Below are positions 1 through 9,710 of a stretch of 64,000 nucleotides of DNA, piece after piece (the stretch's first letter is position 1; each line of letters starts with the position of its first letter). The notes below the pieces were generated by a model. The model was not told where the DNA came from, did no database searches, and was given only the letters and a program-made list of their open reading frames with translations. Location: positions 448,001-512,000 of the forward strand of contig OZ241907.1 in the NCBI GenBank assembly GCA_965203515.1, in the 5' to 3' direction. The translations under genes and the position numbers were made by a program. The stretch is from Spirochaetia bacterium. Its GTDB lineage: Bacteria > Spirochaetota > Spirochaetia > SZUA-6 > Bin103.

Positions 1-2
1 CT

Positions 3-1652
3 ACGACCCTTGCCGCCAGGACCCTTGCCGTCGGCGACGGCAGCGGCTGGCACTTCGTCAACGGCGCCTGGACGGACGGCGCCGACGGCGCGCTGACGAT
101 TCCGCCCGATCTGGCGAATGCCGAGATCGGTCCCTTGCAGGGAGCGCACTTCGCGTTCGACCGCACCCGCGCCTGCCAGGACTGTCGGGTCAGCTTCGAC
201 TTCCTGCTGCGCAGCCACAGCGATGCCGGCATCATCCTGCGCGCCCGCGACGAGTCCCACTTCTATCTCGTCCATTTTCCCAACTGCGGGCAGGCGTCGC
301 GCGCGCAGCACTTCTGGGTCGCGCTGTCGAAGATGGACGGCGCCGGCTACCTCAAGCTCATCCGGCTGGCGATGGTCCCGCGCGTGCCGAGTACCAACGG
401 CATACGGATGCGGTGCATGGTCGCCCTGCAGGGCGACCGGTTCATCGTGCGCGTCGGCGATTACGGCCGCTTCGAGGCGAGCGACGGCACCTACCGCGGC
501 CCCGGCTCGGTAGGCGCGTACCTGTTCGGAGAGGCGGAGATCGGCAACGTCCGCGTGCACGGGCCGACCGCTCCGGCGTCGACCTGGCGGGCGGGGTTCG
601 AGCATCCCACCAACTGGTGGCACCCGCTGCCGGCCGGAGCCGGCGTCTGGCAGCAACCGATCGACGTGAAGCGGTTCGACGACGGCGAGCTGCTGATGCT
701 GGTCAACGTGCAGGGCGATACATCCGACGCCATGACCGCGCACGCCCAGCCGTTCCTGACCCGTTCGGCCGACGACGGCCGCACCTGGTCGGAGCTGCAG
801 CCGCTCGGGCTCGGCGAGCTTGCCAGCTCCTGGTCCCCGGCGCGCATGCATCTCACGCCGCGCGGACGGCTGATCGCCATGCTGCCGGGACCCGATCACA
901 AGCTGGTCTACCGGTCGAGTGACCGCGGCCGCACCTGGACCTCCGCCGGCACCACCAACCTGCACGTGGGGCCGCGCACGGAGCCGCCGGTGCAGAGCCT
1001 GGCGCCGATGGGATTCATGAACCTGGCCGACGGCGCCGTCCTGGCGTTCCTGCTGCACGGCAGGGAGCTGCATGGCAGGGACATGCACGACAATCCGCTG
1101 CCGCTCCATACCTGGGGCTCCTGGCATTGTCAGGCGTTCTGCGCCCGAAGCGACGACGACGGCGTCACCTGGAGCGCGCCGGTGAACGTCGACACGCCCG
1201 GCTTCCACGACGACGGCACGCCGATGGAGGGCAACCTCGACCTCACCGAATGCACGGCGGTGCAGCTCGGCAACGGTCGGGTAGCGGCCTACCTGCGGCC
1301 GATCTACTCACCCGTGATGTGGGAGAGCTGGTCGGACGACGGCGGCCGGTCGTGGGGGCCGGCCGTGCGCGGGCCGTTTGCGGGATACGCCTCGCCCAAC
1401 ATGGTGCGCACCGCCTCCGGCGCCTTGCTGATCGCCCACCGCATGCCGGGGCTGACCCTGCATTGCAGCCTTGACGACGGGCTGACCTGGGACCAGGGCA
1501 CGATGATCGACACCGGCCTGTGGGCGATGGGGGCGATGGTCGAGGTCGCGCCGGACGAGGTGCTCTACGTCTACTGGGACACCTTCCGGACCCTGGCCCG
1601 CGCTCAGCGCATCCGCATCACCCCGTCGGGCCTCGAACCGGTTCGACCGTGA
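3..1652 (+). CDS. BNR/Asp-box (sialidase-like) beta-propeller protein with N-terminal lectin-like beta-sandwich; 5' end truncated by window
   Basis: Frame is open from position 3, upstream of the track start at 135. Five Asp boxes: SADDGRTW, SSDRGRTW, SDDDGVTW, SDDGGRSW, SLDDGLTW. Confidence 0.8.
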   Translation, partial: TTLAARTLAVGDGSGWHFVNGAWTDGADGALTIPPDLANAEIGPLQGAHFAFDRTRACQDCRVSFDFLLRSHSDAGIILRARDESHFYLVHFPNCGQASRAQHFWVALSKMDGAGYLKLIRLAMVPRVPSTNGIRMRCMVALQGDRFIVRVGDYGRFEASDGTYRGPGSVGAYLFGEAEIGNVRVHGPTAPASTWRAGFEHPTNWWHPLPAGAGVWQQPIDVKRFDDGELLMLVNVQGDTSDAMTAHAQPFLTRSADDGRTWSELQPLGLGELASSWSPARMHLTPRGRLIAMLPGPDHKLVYRSSDRGRTWTSAGTTNLHVGPRTEPPVQSLAPMGFMNLADGAVLAFLLHGRELHGRDMHDNPLPLHTWGSWHCQAFCARSDDDGVTWSAPVNVDTPGFHDDGTPMEGNLDLTECTAVQLGNGRVAAYLRPIYSPVMWESWSDDGGRSWGPAVRGPFAGYASPNMVRTASGALLIAHRMPGLTLHCSLDDGLTWDQGTMIDTGLWAMGAMVEVAPDEVLYVYWDTFRTLARAQRIRITPSGLEPVRP

Positions 1653-1653
1653 C

Positions 1654-2505
1654 GTGAGAGCGCCCGCGGAGCGACCCTGCGGCACCGTCGTCTTCCTGAT
1701 CCATCCGTGCTGCTACGAGGCGCTGGCGGCGGAGCAGGTGCGCGCGGACAACCTGGAGCTCTTCGTGCGGATCGAACGGGAGGTGAAGCGGCGCTGGTTG
1801 GCCGATCTGCGGAACCGCTCGGAGCCGACGCTGTTCGCACAGCTCGGCGGTCCGGCCTATCTGACCGAGGCGGCGGTCGAGGCGCTGGGCGCTCCGTACG
1901 CGCTGCGGTTCACCACCGCGTTCGACGGATCGCTCACCGATTTCTACGAGGGACTGGCCGCCGAGTTCCATCGCCACGTCGCGGTGAACCGCTTGGCGCT
2001 CGACCTGGATACGGTGAGGTCGGAGCTCTGGGGCGAGTCGTTCGAGGGCTGCGTGCCCGGCTACGGCGGAGCCTTTGCCGAGTACCTGCCGCTCGGGCGG
2101 GCGCCGCGCATGCGCTTCGAGATGACCGTGCACGATTCGCGCCTGCTGTACGGCCATCGCGGGTACCGGGTGATCCCGTTGCCCGGCACCGATGTCGAGG
2201 CATGGCTGTTCGAGCTGCCGGACGGCACCGGCGCCGCCATGTTCCAGGCGCGGCGGCACGCGCAGTGGATCGACCGCCGACGCATCGGCCTGCAGCTCGA
2301 CGACCGCCGCATCCAGGTATGCACCAAACTGGGCCACACCGTCTGGCCGCCCGAACCGTGGGAGAAGGGCAAGCCGGAACGGATCCTCGACTACCGAATG
2401 GAGCTGCGGGAGTGCATCTGGCGCTGGGTCCGCTCGGTCGGCATGCCGCTCGACCGCTTCCGTGACGTCATCACCGCCGCCGTGCTCCACGACGCCTGCG
2501 ACTGA
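1654..2505 (+). CDS. Hypothetical protein, possibly with a cysteine-hydrolase-like N-terminal domain
   Basis: Starts 1 nt after the upstream stop and has host-like codon use. VVFLIHP and ELWGESFEGCV weakly recall the isochorismatase-like fold. Confidence 0.6.
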   Translation: MRAPAERPCGTVVFLIHPCCYEALAAEQVRADNLELFVRIEREVKRRWLADLRNRSEPTLFAQLGGPAYLTEAAVEALGAPYALRFTTAFDGSLTDFYEGLAAEFHRHVAVNRLALDLDTVRSELWGESFEGCVPGYGGAFAEYLPLGRAPRMRFEMTVHDSRLLYGHRGYRVIPLPGTDVEAWLFELPDGTGAAMFQARRHAQWIDRRRIGLQLDDRRIQVCTKLGHTVWPPEPWEKGKPERILDYRMELRECIWRWVRSVGMPLDRFRDVITAAVLHDACD

Positions 2506-2516
2506 CGTTCCTGCGC

Positions 2517-2545
2517 TTGAACGCACCGCCCCGATCGGCCATGCT
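2517..2545 (+). promoter_or_regulatory. Putative sigma70-type promoter of the 2578-4462 module
   Basis: TTGAAC (2517-2522), 17-nt spacer, CATGCT (2540-2545). Confidence 0.45.
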
Positions 2546-2577
2546 GAGCCGACCGAAACGCCCGACGCTCAAGGCAG

Positions 2578-2874
2578 ATGAGATATTGCGGAAATCCCAA
2601 GCATAAGGAACCGTGGCAGCGCGGTCGCCGCGGAACGCTCTGTCCCCAGGACATCGACCAGGAGACAGCTACTCGGTTGCTCAGCCAAAGCGAACCGGCG
2701 AACGGCAAACGGTATGCGGTGCATGCAGGGAGAGCGTATTGCGCGCAGGAGCATAGAGCCGGTGAGTGGCATGGTTACCCGGTCGGTTGGGTGAGGGTTC
2801 CGGAGACCCTGCGACGCAAGTGGATCAAGGAAAGATGTCTGCGGCGACGGGACCTCAAGAAGCACTGGGATTGA
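2578..2874 (+). CDS. Small basic protein, putative RNase-type toxin
   Basis: 98 aa with motifs YxGNPKHK and GEWHGYP. Lies 10 nt upstream of an IrrE/ImmA peptidase gene in a lower-GC islet. The toxin role is inferred. Confidence 0.6.
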   Translation: MRYCGNPKHKEPWQRGRRGTLCPQDIDQETATRLLSQSEPANGKRYAVHAGRAYCAQEHRAGEWHGYPVGWVRVPETLRRKWIKERCLRRRDLKKHWD

Positions 2875-2884
2875 TTCGGTAGCC

Positions 2885-4462
2885 GTGGTAACTCAATGGG
2901 AGAGACTCGCCGGCGACACCAGCGTATTCGCGTTGCGAATGGCGTTCGGTCCTGATCCCGACGGAGGGTACGGCGTCGGTCGGGAGATCAGCCGGTCGTG
3001 GGGGAGCTTTCAGATCTGGGTCGGGGGCAGGAATCTGTGCGCTCACCTGGAGGAAGGTGAGCGCATGGATTCAGTCCATTGGTATCTCCTGCCGCTCATC
3101 GAGTGGTTCGCCCTCAACTGGAATCCGCTGCTCCACGAGGAGCGCCTGCCGGTACGGAACGACAACGATACCGCGTGGACATCTCTGCGCGCCACGCGGT
3201 TTCCGCCGCTGGCCGTCGAGAACGATGAAAAGAAGGCGTCCAAGTGGGAAACGACGTGGCAGAACTGGTGGGCTCGACACGCGATACGGGCGGCGAGCGA
3301 AGGCGGATTGTTCCCCGATGTCATCCTGAGACGCGTTCGAGACTCGGTCGAGGTCTCCTGGGGACCTGCACCGACCGAGGGGATGCCTCAGCACTTCAGT
3401 TTCCTGGAATCGGAGAAAGGTGCTGCCAAGTTGCCGCCGCGGCAAGTTGCCGAACCGCTGCATGACGTGATGTTCAGCGCAAGCGAGTATCTTCTTGCGC
3501 TGAAGCCGAATGCCCATCGAATCGAGGCCCTGCGCAAGGCGCTTCGAATGCTGAAGTCGGCAGCCGATCCGGGTCCGCGGCTCATGTGGCTCGCGGGGCT
3601 GGGAGTGGACGAGCGCTCCGTGCGGATGGGATGGCAGCAGGCAAGACGATCTCTGGCGAAGATCGTCGAAGAGCCGCGTCGCGCGATGCTGGATGTCCCG
3701 CCTTCGCCGTTCGTCATCGACGGTTCTTGTCATGCTGCGCTGATGTTCGGCTCGCTGTCACCCGACGTCGCGAAGGAAGATATCGAACACATAGCGCTCA
3801 AGATAGTCAGCCTCTACTCGCCGGAGGGAGAGTCAGAGACGACTCGTGCCATGTGCCGATCGGCACCGGTGGAGGAATCCCACTCCCCTTCCTGGTCTCA
3901 GGGGTATGAGCTTGCCGAGGAACTGCACGAGCGGTTCGATATGAAATTCGTAAAGGACGGCTCCGTAGACATCCAAGAGATGGTCGATCGCTTGGGAGTC
4001 ACGGTCGGAGACATAGCATTGTCTGACGATAAGATTCGCGGGATTTCTGTCGTCGGTCCTCAGCACCGGGCTGGCATATTCGTCAACTCCCGCCATGACG
4101 CGAACGCGCACGCGTTCGGCAACCGATTCACTTTGGCGCACGAGCTCTGTCACGTGCTGTTCGATCGAGAGGCGGGGAGCCGGCTGGCCATGGCCAGCGG
4201 ACCGTGGGCGCCACGCGACGTCGAGCGGCGTGCGAATGCCTTCGCGGCGATGCTGTTGATGCCGCATGATCTGGTGCAGCGCGCCATATCGACCATAACC
4301 ACGCGGCTCGACACCATGGCAGGAGTCAGGCAGGTGGCGAGTCGCCTGCAGACTGGTTTTCTGGCGGCGTTGCGCCATCTGGTGAACTTGGGGTTCATCG
4401 ACGACGCCGAACAGGAGCGGATCGAGAACGAGTACGGCGCGTTGATGCCGATGTCGGAGTAG
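2885..4462 (+). CDS. ImmA/IrrE-family Zn metallo-endopeptidase with a long uncharacterised N-terminal region
   Basis: C-terminal RFTLAHELCHVLFD (HExxH) and ERRANAFAAMLLMP, the diagnostic IrrE/ImmA motifs. Confidence 0.88.
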   Translation: MVTQWERLAGDTSVFALRMAFGPDPDGGYGVGREISRSWGSFQIWVGGRNLCAHLEEGERMDSVHWYLLPLIEWFALNWNPLLHEERLPVRNDNDTAWTSLRATRFPPLAVENDEKKASKWETTWQNWWARHAIRAASEGGLFPDVILRRVRDSVEVSWGPAPTEGMPQHFSFLESEKGAAKLPPRQVAEPLHDVMFSASEYLLALKPNAHRIEALRKALRMLKSAADPGPRLMWLAGLGVDERSVRMGWQQARRSLAKIVEEPRRAMLDVPPSPFVIDGSCHAALMFGSLSPDVAKEDIEHIALKIVSLYSPEGESETTRAMCRSAPVEESHSPSWSQGYELAEELHERFDMKFVKDGSVDIQEMVDRLGVTVGDIALSDDKIRGISVVGPQHRAGIFVNSRHDANAHAFGNRFTLAHELCHVLFDREAGSRLAMASGPWAPRDVERRANAFAAMLLMPHDLVQRAISTITTRLDTMAGVRQVASRLQTGFLAALRHLVNLGFIDDAEQERIENEYGALMPMSE

Positions 4463-4476
4463 CGAGGGTCCGCCGG

Positions 4477-5463
4477 TCAGGGCGCGTCCGGCGTCCATCC
4501 CTGCGGGCAGTCCTTGCGGATCACCAGCCTGAGCCCGGCCGAGCAGCGGTCCAGCGCCGCGGCGTCCTCCGCGGGCAGCTCCCAGTCGGCGTCGCGGAAG
4601 TTCTGCCGTACCTGTTCCGGTGTGTCGGTGCCGATGATGGCGGCGTTCACGGCCGGCCGGCGCAGGCACCAGGCGGTGGCGACGCGGGTGGGCGAGGTGC
4701 CGTGACGGCGGGCTATGTCGAGCACCGCGTCGATCACGCGGCCGGCCGCCGGGGTCATGGCGGCCCGGAAGTTGTACGGCCCGCGGCGCCAGGAGGTGCC
4801 GGCCGGCGGCGGCCGGCCGTAGCGGTAGCGGCCGGCCAGCAGGCCGATCGCGGTGGTGGCGTAGGCGGTGACGCCGGTGCCGAGCGGCGCGATCCCCGGC
4901 AGCAGCTCCTGCTCGATACGCCGGTCGAGCAGGCTGTAGCCGACCTGATTGCAGACGACGCTCGCCCAGCCGCGCCGGCGGCCGATCTCGGCCGCCTCTT
5001 GCACCTGCCGGGCGCTGAAGTTGCTGACGCCGGGGTAGCGCACCTTGCCGTCGGTCACCAGCCGATCGAACGCCGACAGCGTTTCGTCGAGCGGCGTGCG
5101 CGGATCGGGAAAGTGGCACAGGTAGCAGTCGAGGTAATCGGTGCCCAGGCGCCGCAGGCTCGCCTCGCAGGCGCGCAGGACGTAGTCGCGCCGGAGGCCG
5201 CCGGCCGGCGCCTCCGGCATCGGCGCGCCGACCTTGGTGGTGATCACGAACCGATCGCGCCGACCCTCGACGGCCGCCCCGACGATCCGCTCGGAGCGGC
5301 CGGCGCCGTAGAAGTCGGCGCAGTCCAGGAAGTTGCAGCCCAGTTCGGCGGCGGCGCGGATGGCGGCGATGCAGATCGCCTCGTCCGGTGCGCTGCGGAA
5401 CACGGTGCCCAGGCAGAGGCGCGAGACGCGCAGGTCCGAGGCGCCCAGGCGGGCGTACTGCAG
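4477..5463 (-). CDS. Aldo/keto reductase (probable CTG start)
   Basis: LGASDLRVSRLCLG, FLDCADFYG, SLRRLGTDYLD and GKVRYPGVSNF. AGGAG lies 7 nt before CTG at 5463. Confidence 0.9.
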   Translation of the reverse strand: MQYARLGASDLRVSRLCLGTVFRSAPDEAICIAAIRAAAELGCNFLDCADFYGAGRSERIVGAAVEGRRDRFVITTKVGAPMPEAPAGGLRRDYVLRACEASLRRLGTDYLDCYLCHFPDPRTPLDETLSAFDRLVTDGKVRYPGVSNFSARQVQEAAEIGRRRGWASVVCNQVGYSLLDRRIEQELLPGIAPLGTGVTAYATTAIGLLAGRYRYGRPPPAGTSWRRGPYNFRAAMTPAAGRVIDAVLDIARRHGTSPTRVATAWCLRRPAVNAAIIGTDTPEQVRQNFRDADWELPAEDAAALDRCSAGLRLVIRKDCPQGWTPDAP

Positions 5464-5473
5464 GGCCCGGCTC

Positions 5474-6661
5474 CTAAGTGCCGGTGACGCCGGCCGCACG
5501 CAGCGCGGGCGCGATCCAGTCGACGCACCGGGACGGCGCCTCGGCGTAGTTGTAGAAGCCGACGGCGTGCGCCCCGGCATCGGCGACGGCGCGCACGCCG
5601 TCGATCATCGCCCGTTCGGTCACGATCGGCGTTCCGTACCGGGCGCCGTCGCCGTAGAAGCCCATGCGCAGCAATACGATCAGCTCCTGCCGGTCGCCGA
5701 GCGCGGCGCGGCCGTCCCGTGCGATCGCGGCGATCCGCTCCGGCGACTGGCCGTACGCGCCGGCCATCACCAGATCGATCGCCGGGTCCGCCGGGCCCAT
5801 CAGCCGCACGCCGTGCGGCTCGGCCTCCTGCCTCAGTTCCCGCAGAAGCCGGGCCTGGTTCCCCTGCAGCCGGCGCTCGTAGTCGGCCATGGCCGGGTGC
5901 AAGCGGCGGAACGCCTCCGGCGAGTCGGGCAGGTCGCCCGGCACGTCGGGCGCTGCCGCCAAGTACGCCTCCAGGTGGGCGCGCACGGCCTCCCTGAGCC
6001 CCTGCGCGCCGGCGCCGGCCACGTCGGCCGGATTGAACGACAGGTCGAGCAGGACGTTCTCCAACTCGCGCAGGTGTGTCCCTTGCCGCTCGTGGTGATG
6101 GCCGCCGACCCAGGAGCCGCCGTGCGCGCGGGAGCGGTAGTCGGCCGCTTCCAGCATGATGGTGTCGAGCGGATACCGGGACGCCAGGTCGCGGATCACG
6201 CCGCGCGCGAACGCCGCCGCGGTCGGGTGGCCGGGGCTGAGCGCGTGCGGGTAGCTGTCGCCGAAGGCGTTGTGGACGGTCAGTTCCGGGTGAGCCAGGC
6301 CGATGCGGGAGTTGTGCAGGAGCACGGTCCAGGAGCAGAGACGGAGGCCGGCCCGCGCCGCCGCATCGCAGATGGCGCCGAACAGGTCCCGGTCGCGGCT
6401 GACGGCGGCCACCTGCGGCGCCAGCCCCTCCGGGTAGCACGCCGGGTCGGGGTGGTAGTAGGCGACTCCGTCTTCGAGCATGTGGACCTTGCGGCGCGGG
6501 TTGTGCGGATAGAAGAAGAAGCCGGCGTGGTAGAGACTGGCGACCGCCAGATGGGTGACGCCCAGGTCGCGCGCGCGGCCGATCAGCCGGTCGACCCCTT
6601 CGTCGGCGAAGTCCCACGGGTAGCAGAACAGGTACGCCGCCTGCAGTCCCTCCGCGTTCAT
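5474..6661 (-). CDS. Hypothetical glycoside-hydrolase-like TIM-barrel protein
   Basis: YLFCYPWD, LAVASLYH, WTVLLHN and ALSPGHP pattern; lies within the operon. Confidence 0.6.
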   Translation of the reverse strand: MNAEGLQAAYLFCYPWDFADEGVDRLIGRARDLGVTHLAVASLYHAGFFFYPHNPRRKVHMLEDGVAYYHPDPACYPEGLAPQVAAVSRDRDLFGAICDAAARAGLRLCSWTVLLHNSRIGLAHPELTVHNAFGDSYPHALSPGHPTAAAFARGVIRDLASRYPLDTIMLEAADYRSRAHGGSWVGGHHHERQGTHLRELENVLLDLSFNPADVAGAGAQGLREAVRAHLEAYLAAAPDVPGDLPDSPEAFRRLHPAMADYERRLQGNQARLLRELRQEAEPHGVRLMGPADPAIDLVMAGAYGQSPERIAAIARDGRAALGDRQELIVLLRMGFYGDGARYGTPIVTERAMIDGVRAVADAGAHAVGFYNYAEAPSRCVDWIAPALRAAGVTGT

Positions 6662-6686
6662 GTGGTTACCCTCTCATGTGGCTGTT

Positions 6687-7805
6687 TCATGCCGATGCGG
6701 CAGCCTCGATCGGGACGCGGTAGCGGTCGAGCGCGTCCCGGTCGAGCTCCACCCCCAGGCCCGGCGTGTCCGGCACCACCAGCGCACCGTCCCGGAACGG
6801 GATCGGATCGACGATCAGGTCGTCCTCGCGCAGCAGGCTGCCGATGATGTCGCAGGGCAGCTCGCAGCCGGCCGCCGCCGCGGCGTGCACGCTCGACATG
6901 TCGCGCACGCCCAGATCGACACCGGTGCCGCGCCACGTCGGCAGGCCGGCCTTGCGCGTCAGGGTCGCCCACTCGACGAACTCCTTGAGCGGTCCGAGCA
7001 GATTGTAGCAGTCGGCCGCTTCCGCGCGCACCGCCGGCAGCAGGTCGGTGATCGAGGTCAGGTGGAGCGCGACCGGCTGCGGGATGGCGCCGCGCACCTC
7101 CACGTACCAGTCCAGGCGATCCTGCGGCATGGGGCTCTCGAAGGTGACGCGGTCCAGGCCGTCGAGCGACCGCGACACCTCGCGCGTGCCGTGCGGATGG
7201 TGGAACCGTTCGTTGGGGTCGAGCACGATCGGGAAGTGCGGGGCTACCTCGCGCACCGCCGCCACCCGCTCGGCGATCGGGTCGCCGAGCGCGCACTTCA
7301 TCTTCATGCCCCGGAAGCCCAGATCGAGTCCCGTCCGCGCCCGCGCGGCGGTGTCCTCCGGCGTGCCGCGGCCCATCCAGAAGTCGACCGGGACGCGGTC
7401 GATCTTCTTGCCGCCCAACAGGTGATGGACCGGCACGCCCAGGTGCTTGCCGAGCAGGTCGAGCCACGCCATCTCGTACGCTTCGTAGACGATGTAGGAT
7501 TCGTAGTCGTCGGCGTGCGGCAGCGGCAGGTTGCCGACCGGCAGGTCGAGCAGCCGCTTGCCGACGATCAGGTCGGCCTGCTCGCGCAGCGGCCCGTACA
7601 GGTCGCCCCGCCGCGGTTCGCCCAGTCCGACCAAGCCGTTGTCGGCCTCCATTTCGATGATCCACTTCGGGAACTCCCAGAAGTCGAGCGAACGGCCGCT
7701 CACCGGGTCGGGCGCGCACAGCTTGTCCCGGACCCCTTCCGAGTGCACGACGCCAGGCCGCATCGGCACGATCACCTGATGAATGCGCACGTCGACGATC
7801 TTCAT
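6687..7805 (-). CDS. Mandelate racemase/muconate lactonizing enzyme (enolase superfamily)
   Basis: EMAWLDLLGKHLGVPVHHLLGG, KMK, LDPNE, FESP and PGLGVELD. ATGA overlap with the upstream stop. Confidence 0.9.
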   Translation of the reverse strand: MKIVDVRIHQVIVPMRPGVVHSEGVRDKLCAPDPVSGRSLDFWEFPKWIIEMEADNGLVGLGEPRRGDLYGPLREQADLIVGKRLLDLPVGNLPLPHADDYESYIVYEAYEMAWLDLLGKHLGVPVHHLLGGKKIDRVPVDFWMGRGTPEDTAARARTGLDLGFRGMKMKCALGDPIAERVAAVREVAPHFPIVLDPNERFHHPHGTREVSRSLDGLDRVTFESPMPQDRLDWYVEVRGAIPQPVALHLTSITDLLPAVRAEAADCYNLLGPLKEFVEWATLTRKAGLPTWRGTGVDLGVRDMSSVHAAAAAGCELPCDIIGSLLREDDLIVDPIPFRDGALVVPDTPGLGVELDRDALDRYRVPIEAAASA

Positions 7806-9700
7806 GGCGATATTGGATGCTGCCACGTGCCGTCGAAGTGTGGCGAGCCGAGGACCCGGTAGCGCTCGCCGGGCAGATCGAACTCGGCGGCGACGCCGCA
7901 GGCGAACTCGGTGCGTTGCAGCGCGCCGTCCGGTGTCAGCAGCCGGTGGCCGGTCATCTCCGACATGGCGATGGAACGATAGAACGCGCTCCAGGTGCGC
8001 AGCCAGCGGAGCGCGCGTACCGTGCGGCCGCTCCGCCAGTCGGCGACCGGAAACGGGTACCCGTCACGTGGCGACAGGAGCCAGTTGTAGGAGGGCGCCG
8101 CGCCGAACAGCAGCTCGTAGAGGCGGTGGGAGCGGCTCGGAAACCAGTCGTAGCGCGGACCTTGACCAGGGTCGCCGGAGAACCCGCACATGCAGCAGTC
8201 GTGGAAGACGAGCTGGCACAGCGGGATCGGTTCGCCCACCGGCCGGTGTTCGGCATCCTCGCTGTCCGCACGGGCGCTCAGCCGGTGGCCGCTCCAGTCG
8301 GTGAAGAAGAAGTGGTCGCAGTGCGGGATGGCCCAGAACTGGCGCAGCTCGCCGGCCGGGATGATCCCCCGCCTGCGCGTCTCATCGAAACAGGCGTTCT
8401 GGTGCTCGAAGGCCTGCCGGCGCGTCACCGGATGGGCGGGTGAGTAGTTGCGCGGAGGAACGCTCGCCGCGGCATAGCCGTCGAAGTAGAGCACGTCGAG
8501 TCGCAGGCCGCGCGCCTCCAGCCCGTCCAGCGCCGCGGTCGTCAGCTCCAACGCGGCGTGGGTGCCGAGGTGATTCAGACGACTGCCGTCCGGCCCCACC
8601 GCCCAGTGCGACTCGTCATACCCCGGCACGCCGGGGCTCTGCTCGCACGGGCGGATGAACCCCTGCGTGAGGCAGCCAAGCTCGCGTGCGCGGTTTGCGA
8701 AGTCGACCAGCGGCGCCCATCCGTCGTCCCCCGGCTGGTCGACCAGAAAGGCTTGATGGTTCTGGATCGGGGGCCGCCCGCGCGGGCCGCCCCACTTGGG
8801 ATAGAACAGATTGACGCCGATGCCCTGATTGCGCAGCCGGCGGAGGTCGCCAAGGACGCGCTCGCTGTCGGCGCCGTTCCATTCGGTCCAGCGGAACAGG
8901 ACGTTGCCGACGTATTCGCGGATGCCCGGCGATGCGGCCGCCTTCTGCTCCAGCGTGCGCACCAGGCCCTGCTGCCGCGCGGCGGCGCGGTAGCGCTTGG
9001 CCATCGCCACGTAGTCCAGGTCGCGCGCGAAGTGGACCAGCAGCCGCCGGGGGTAGGCGAGGGCGCCCAATTCGTCGGCCCAGGAGAAGTCCAGGATCGA
9101 TCGGTCGCCCGGCAGGTGGTGGGCGCGCACCTCGGCGTCCCACCACGTGTCGACCGTGGCGCAGAGACCTGCGCCGTCGCGGGTCAGACCGAAGATCGGC
9201 AGCGTCCAGCTCCCGCCGATCTGCAGCGGCTCCGGCCCCCGCCCGGGCAGCGCGTCGGGACAATCGGCCGGGACCAGATACCCGGAGCCGTGCGGCAGCA
9301 CCAAGTAGCCGCCCTGCGCGGCCGGCCGCTCGAAGCGGTACAGATGCTCGACGCGCCGCACCGTGTCCTCACCGCCGACCTGTTCGATCCCGATCAGGAG
9401 CTCGTCGTCGCCGGCGTCGATCGCCACGCGCATCTCCAACGCCACGTCCGCGCCGGGGTACCCGGAGAGGGTGATCCGCCGGCCGCGGAAGCGACCATCG
9501 GCGAAGGGACGCGCCGAGCGGTTCTGCGCGCCGGCCAAGTCGAGGACGCGGAGCGCACCGTTTCCCCCTTCGACGCAGACCGCCGGCGGCCGGCTCGGCG
9601 AGCTCTCCCACAGCCGTTCGCCGTCGCGCGCCCACACGGTCAGCCGCAACCGGTCGTCGATCCCGACCGTGACGCTGCGGCCCCTGAGGTTCACCGGCAT
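7802..9700 (-). CDS. Putative glycoside hydrolase-like protein (beta-sandwich + TIM barrel; GH101/GH129/DUF5696-like)
   Basis: YLVLPHGSGYL, DYVAMAKRYR, VRTLEQK, LYFDG, PIPLCQLVFHD and QRTEF motifs, recalled from this group. Confidence 0.55.
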   Translation of the reverse strand: MPVNLRGRSVTVGIDDRLRLTVWARDGERLWESSPSRPPAVCVEGGNGALRVLDLAGAQNRSARPFADGRFRGRRITLSGYPGADVALEMRVAIDAGDDELLIGIEQVGGEDTVRRVEHLYRFERPAAQGGYLVLPHGSGYLVPADCPDALPGRGPEPLQIGGSWTLPIFGLTRDGAGLCATVDTWWDAEVRAHHLPGDRSILDFSWADELGALAYPRRLLVHFARDLDYVAMAKRYRAAARQQGLVRTLEQKAAASPGIREYVGNVLFRWTEWNGADSERVLGDLRRLRNQGIGVNLFYPKWGGPRGRPPIQNHQAFLVDQPGDDGWAPLVDFANRARELGCLTQGFIRPCEQSPGVPGYDESHWAVGPDGSRLNHLGTHAALELTTAALDGLEARGLRLDVLYFDGYAAASVPPRNYSPAHPVTRRQAFEHQNACFDETRRRGIIPAGELRQFWAIPHCDHFFFTDWSGHRLSARADSEDAEHRPVGEPIPLCQLVFHDCCMCGFSGDPGQGPRYDWFPSRSHRLYELLFGAAPSYNWLLSPRDGYPFPVADWRSGRTVRALRWLRTWSAFYRSIAMSEMTGHRLLTPDGALQRTEFACGVAAEFDLPGERYRVLGSPHFDGTWQHPISP

Positions 9701-9710
9701 CGGGGCGGCT

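Noticed and set aside
2511..2578. Imperfect inverted repeat (CTGCGCTTGAACG...CGCTCAAGGCAG) considered as an element end or riboregulator
   Set aside because: It is short and gapped, its left arm lies upstream of the predicted start site, and no matching end was found near 4462.
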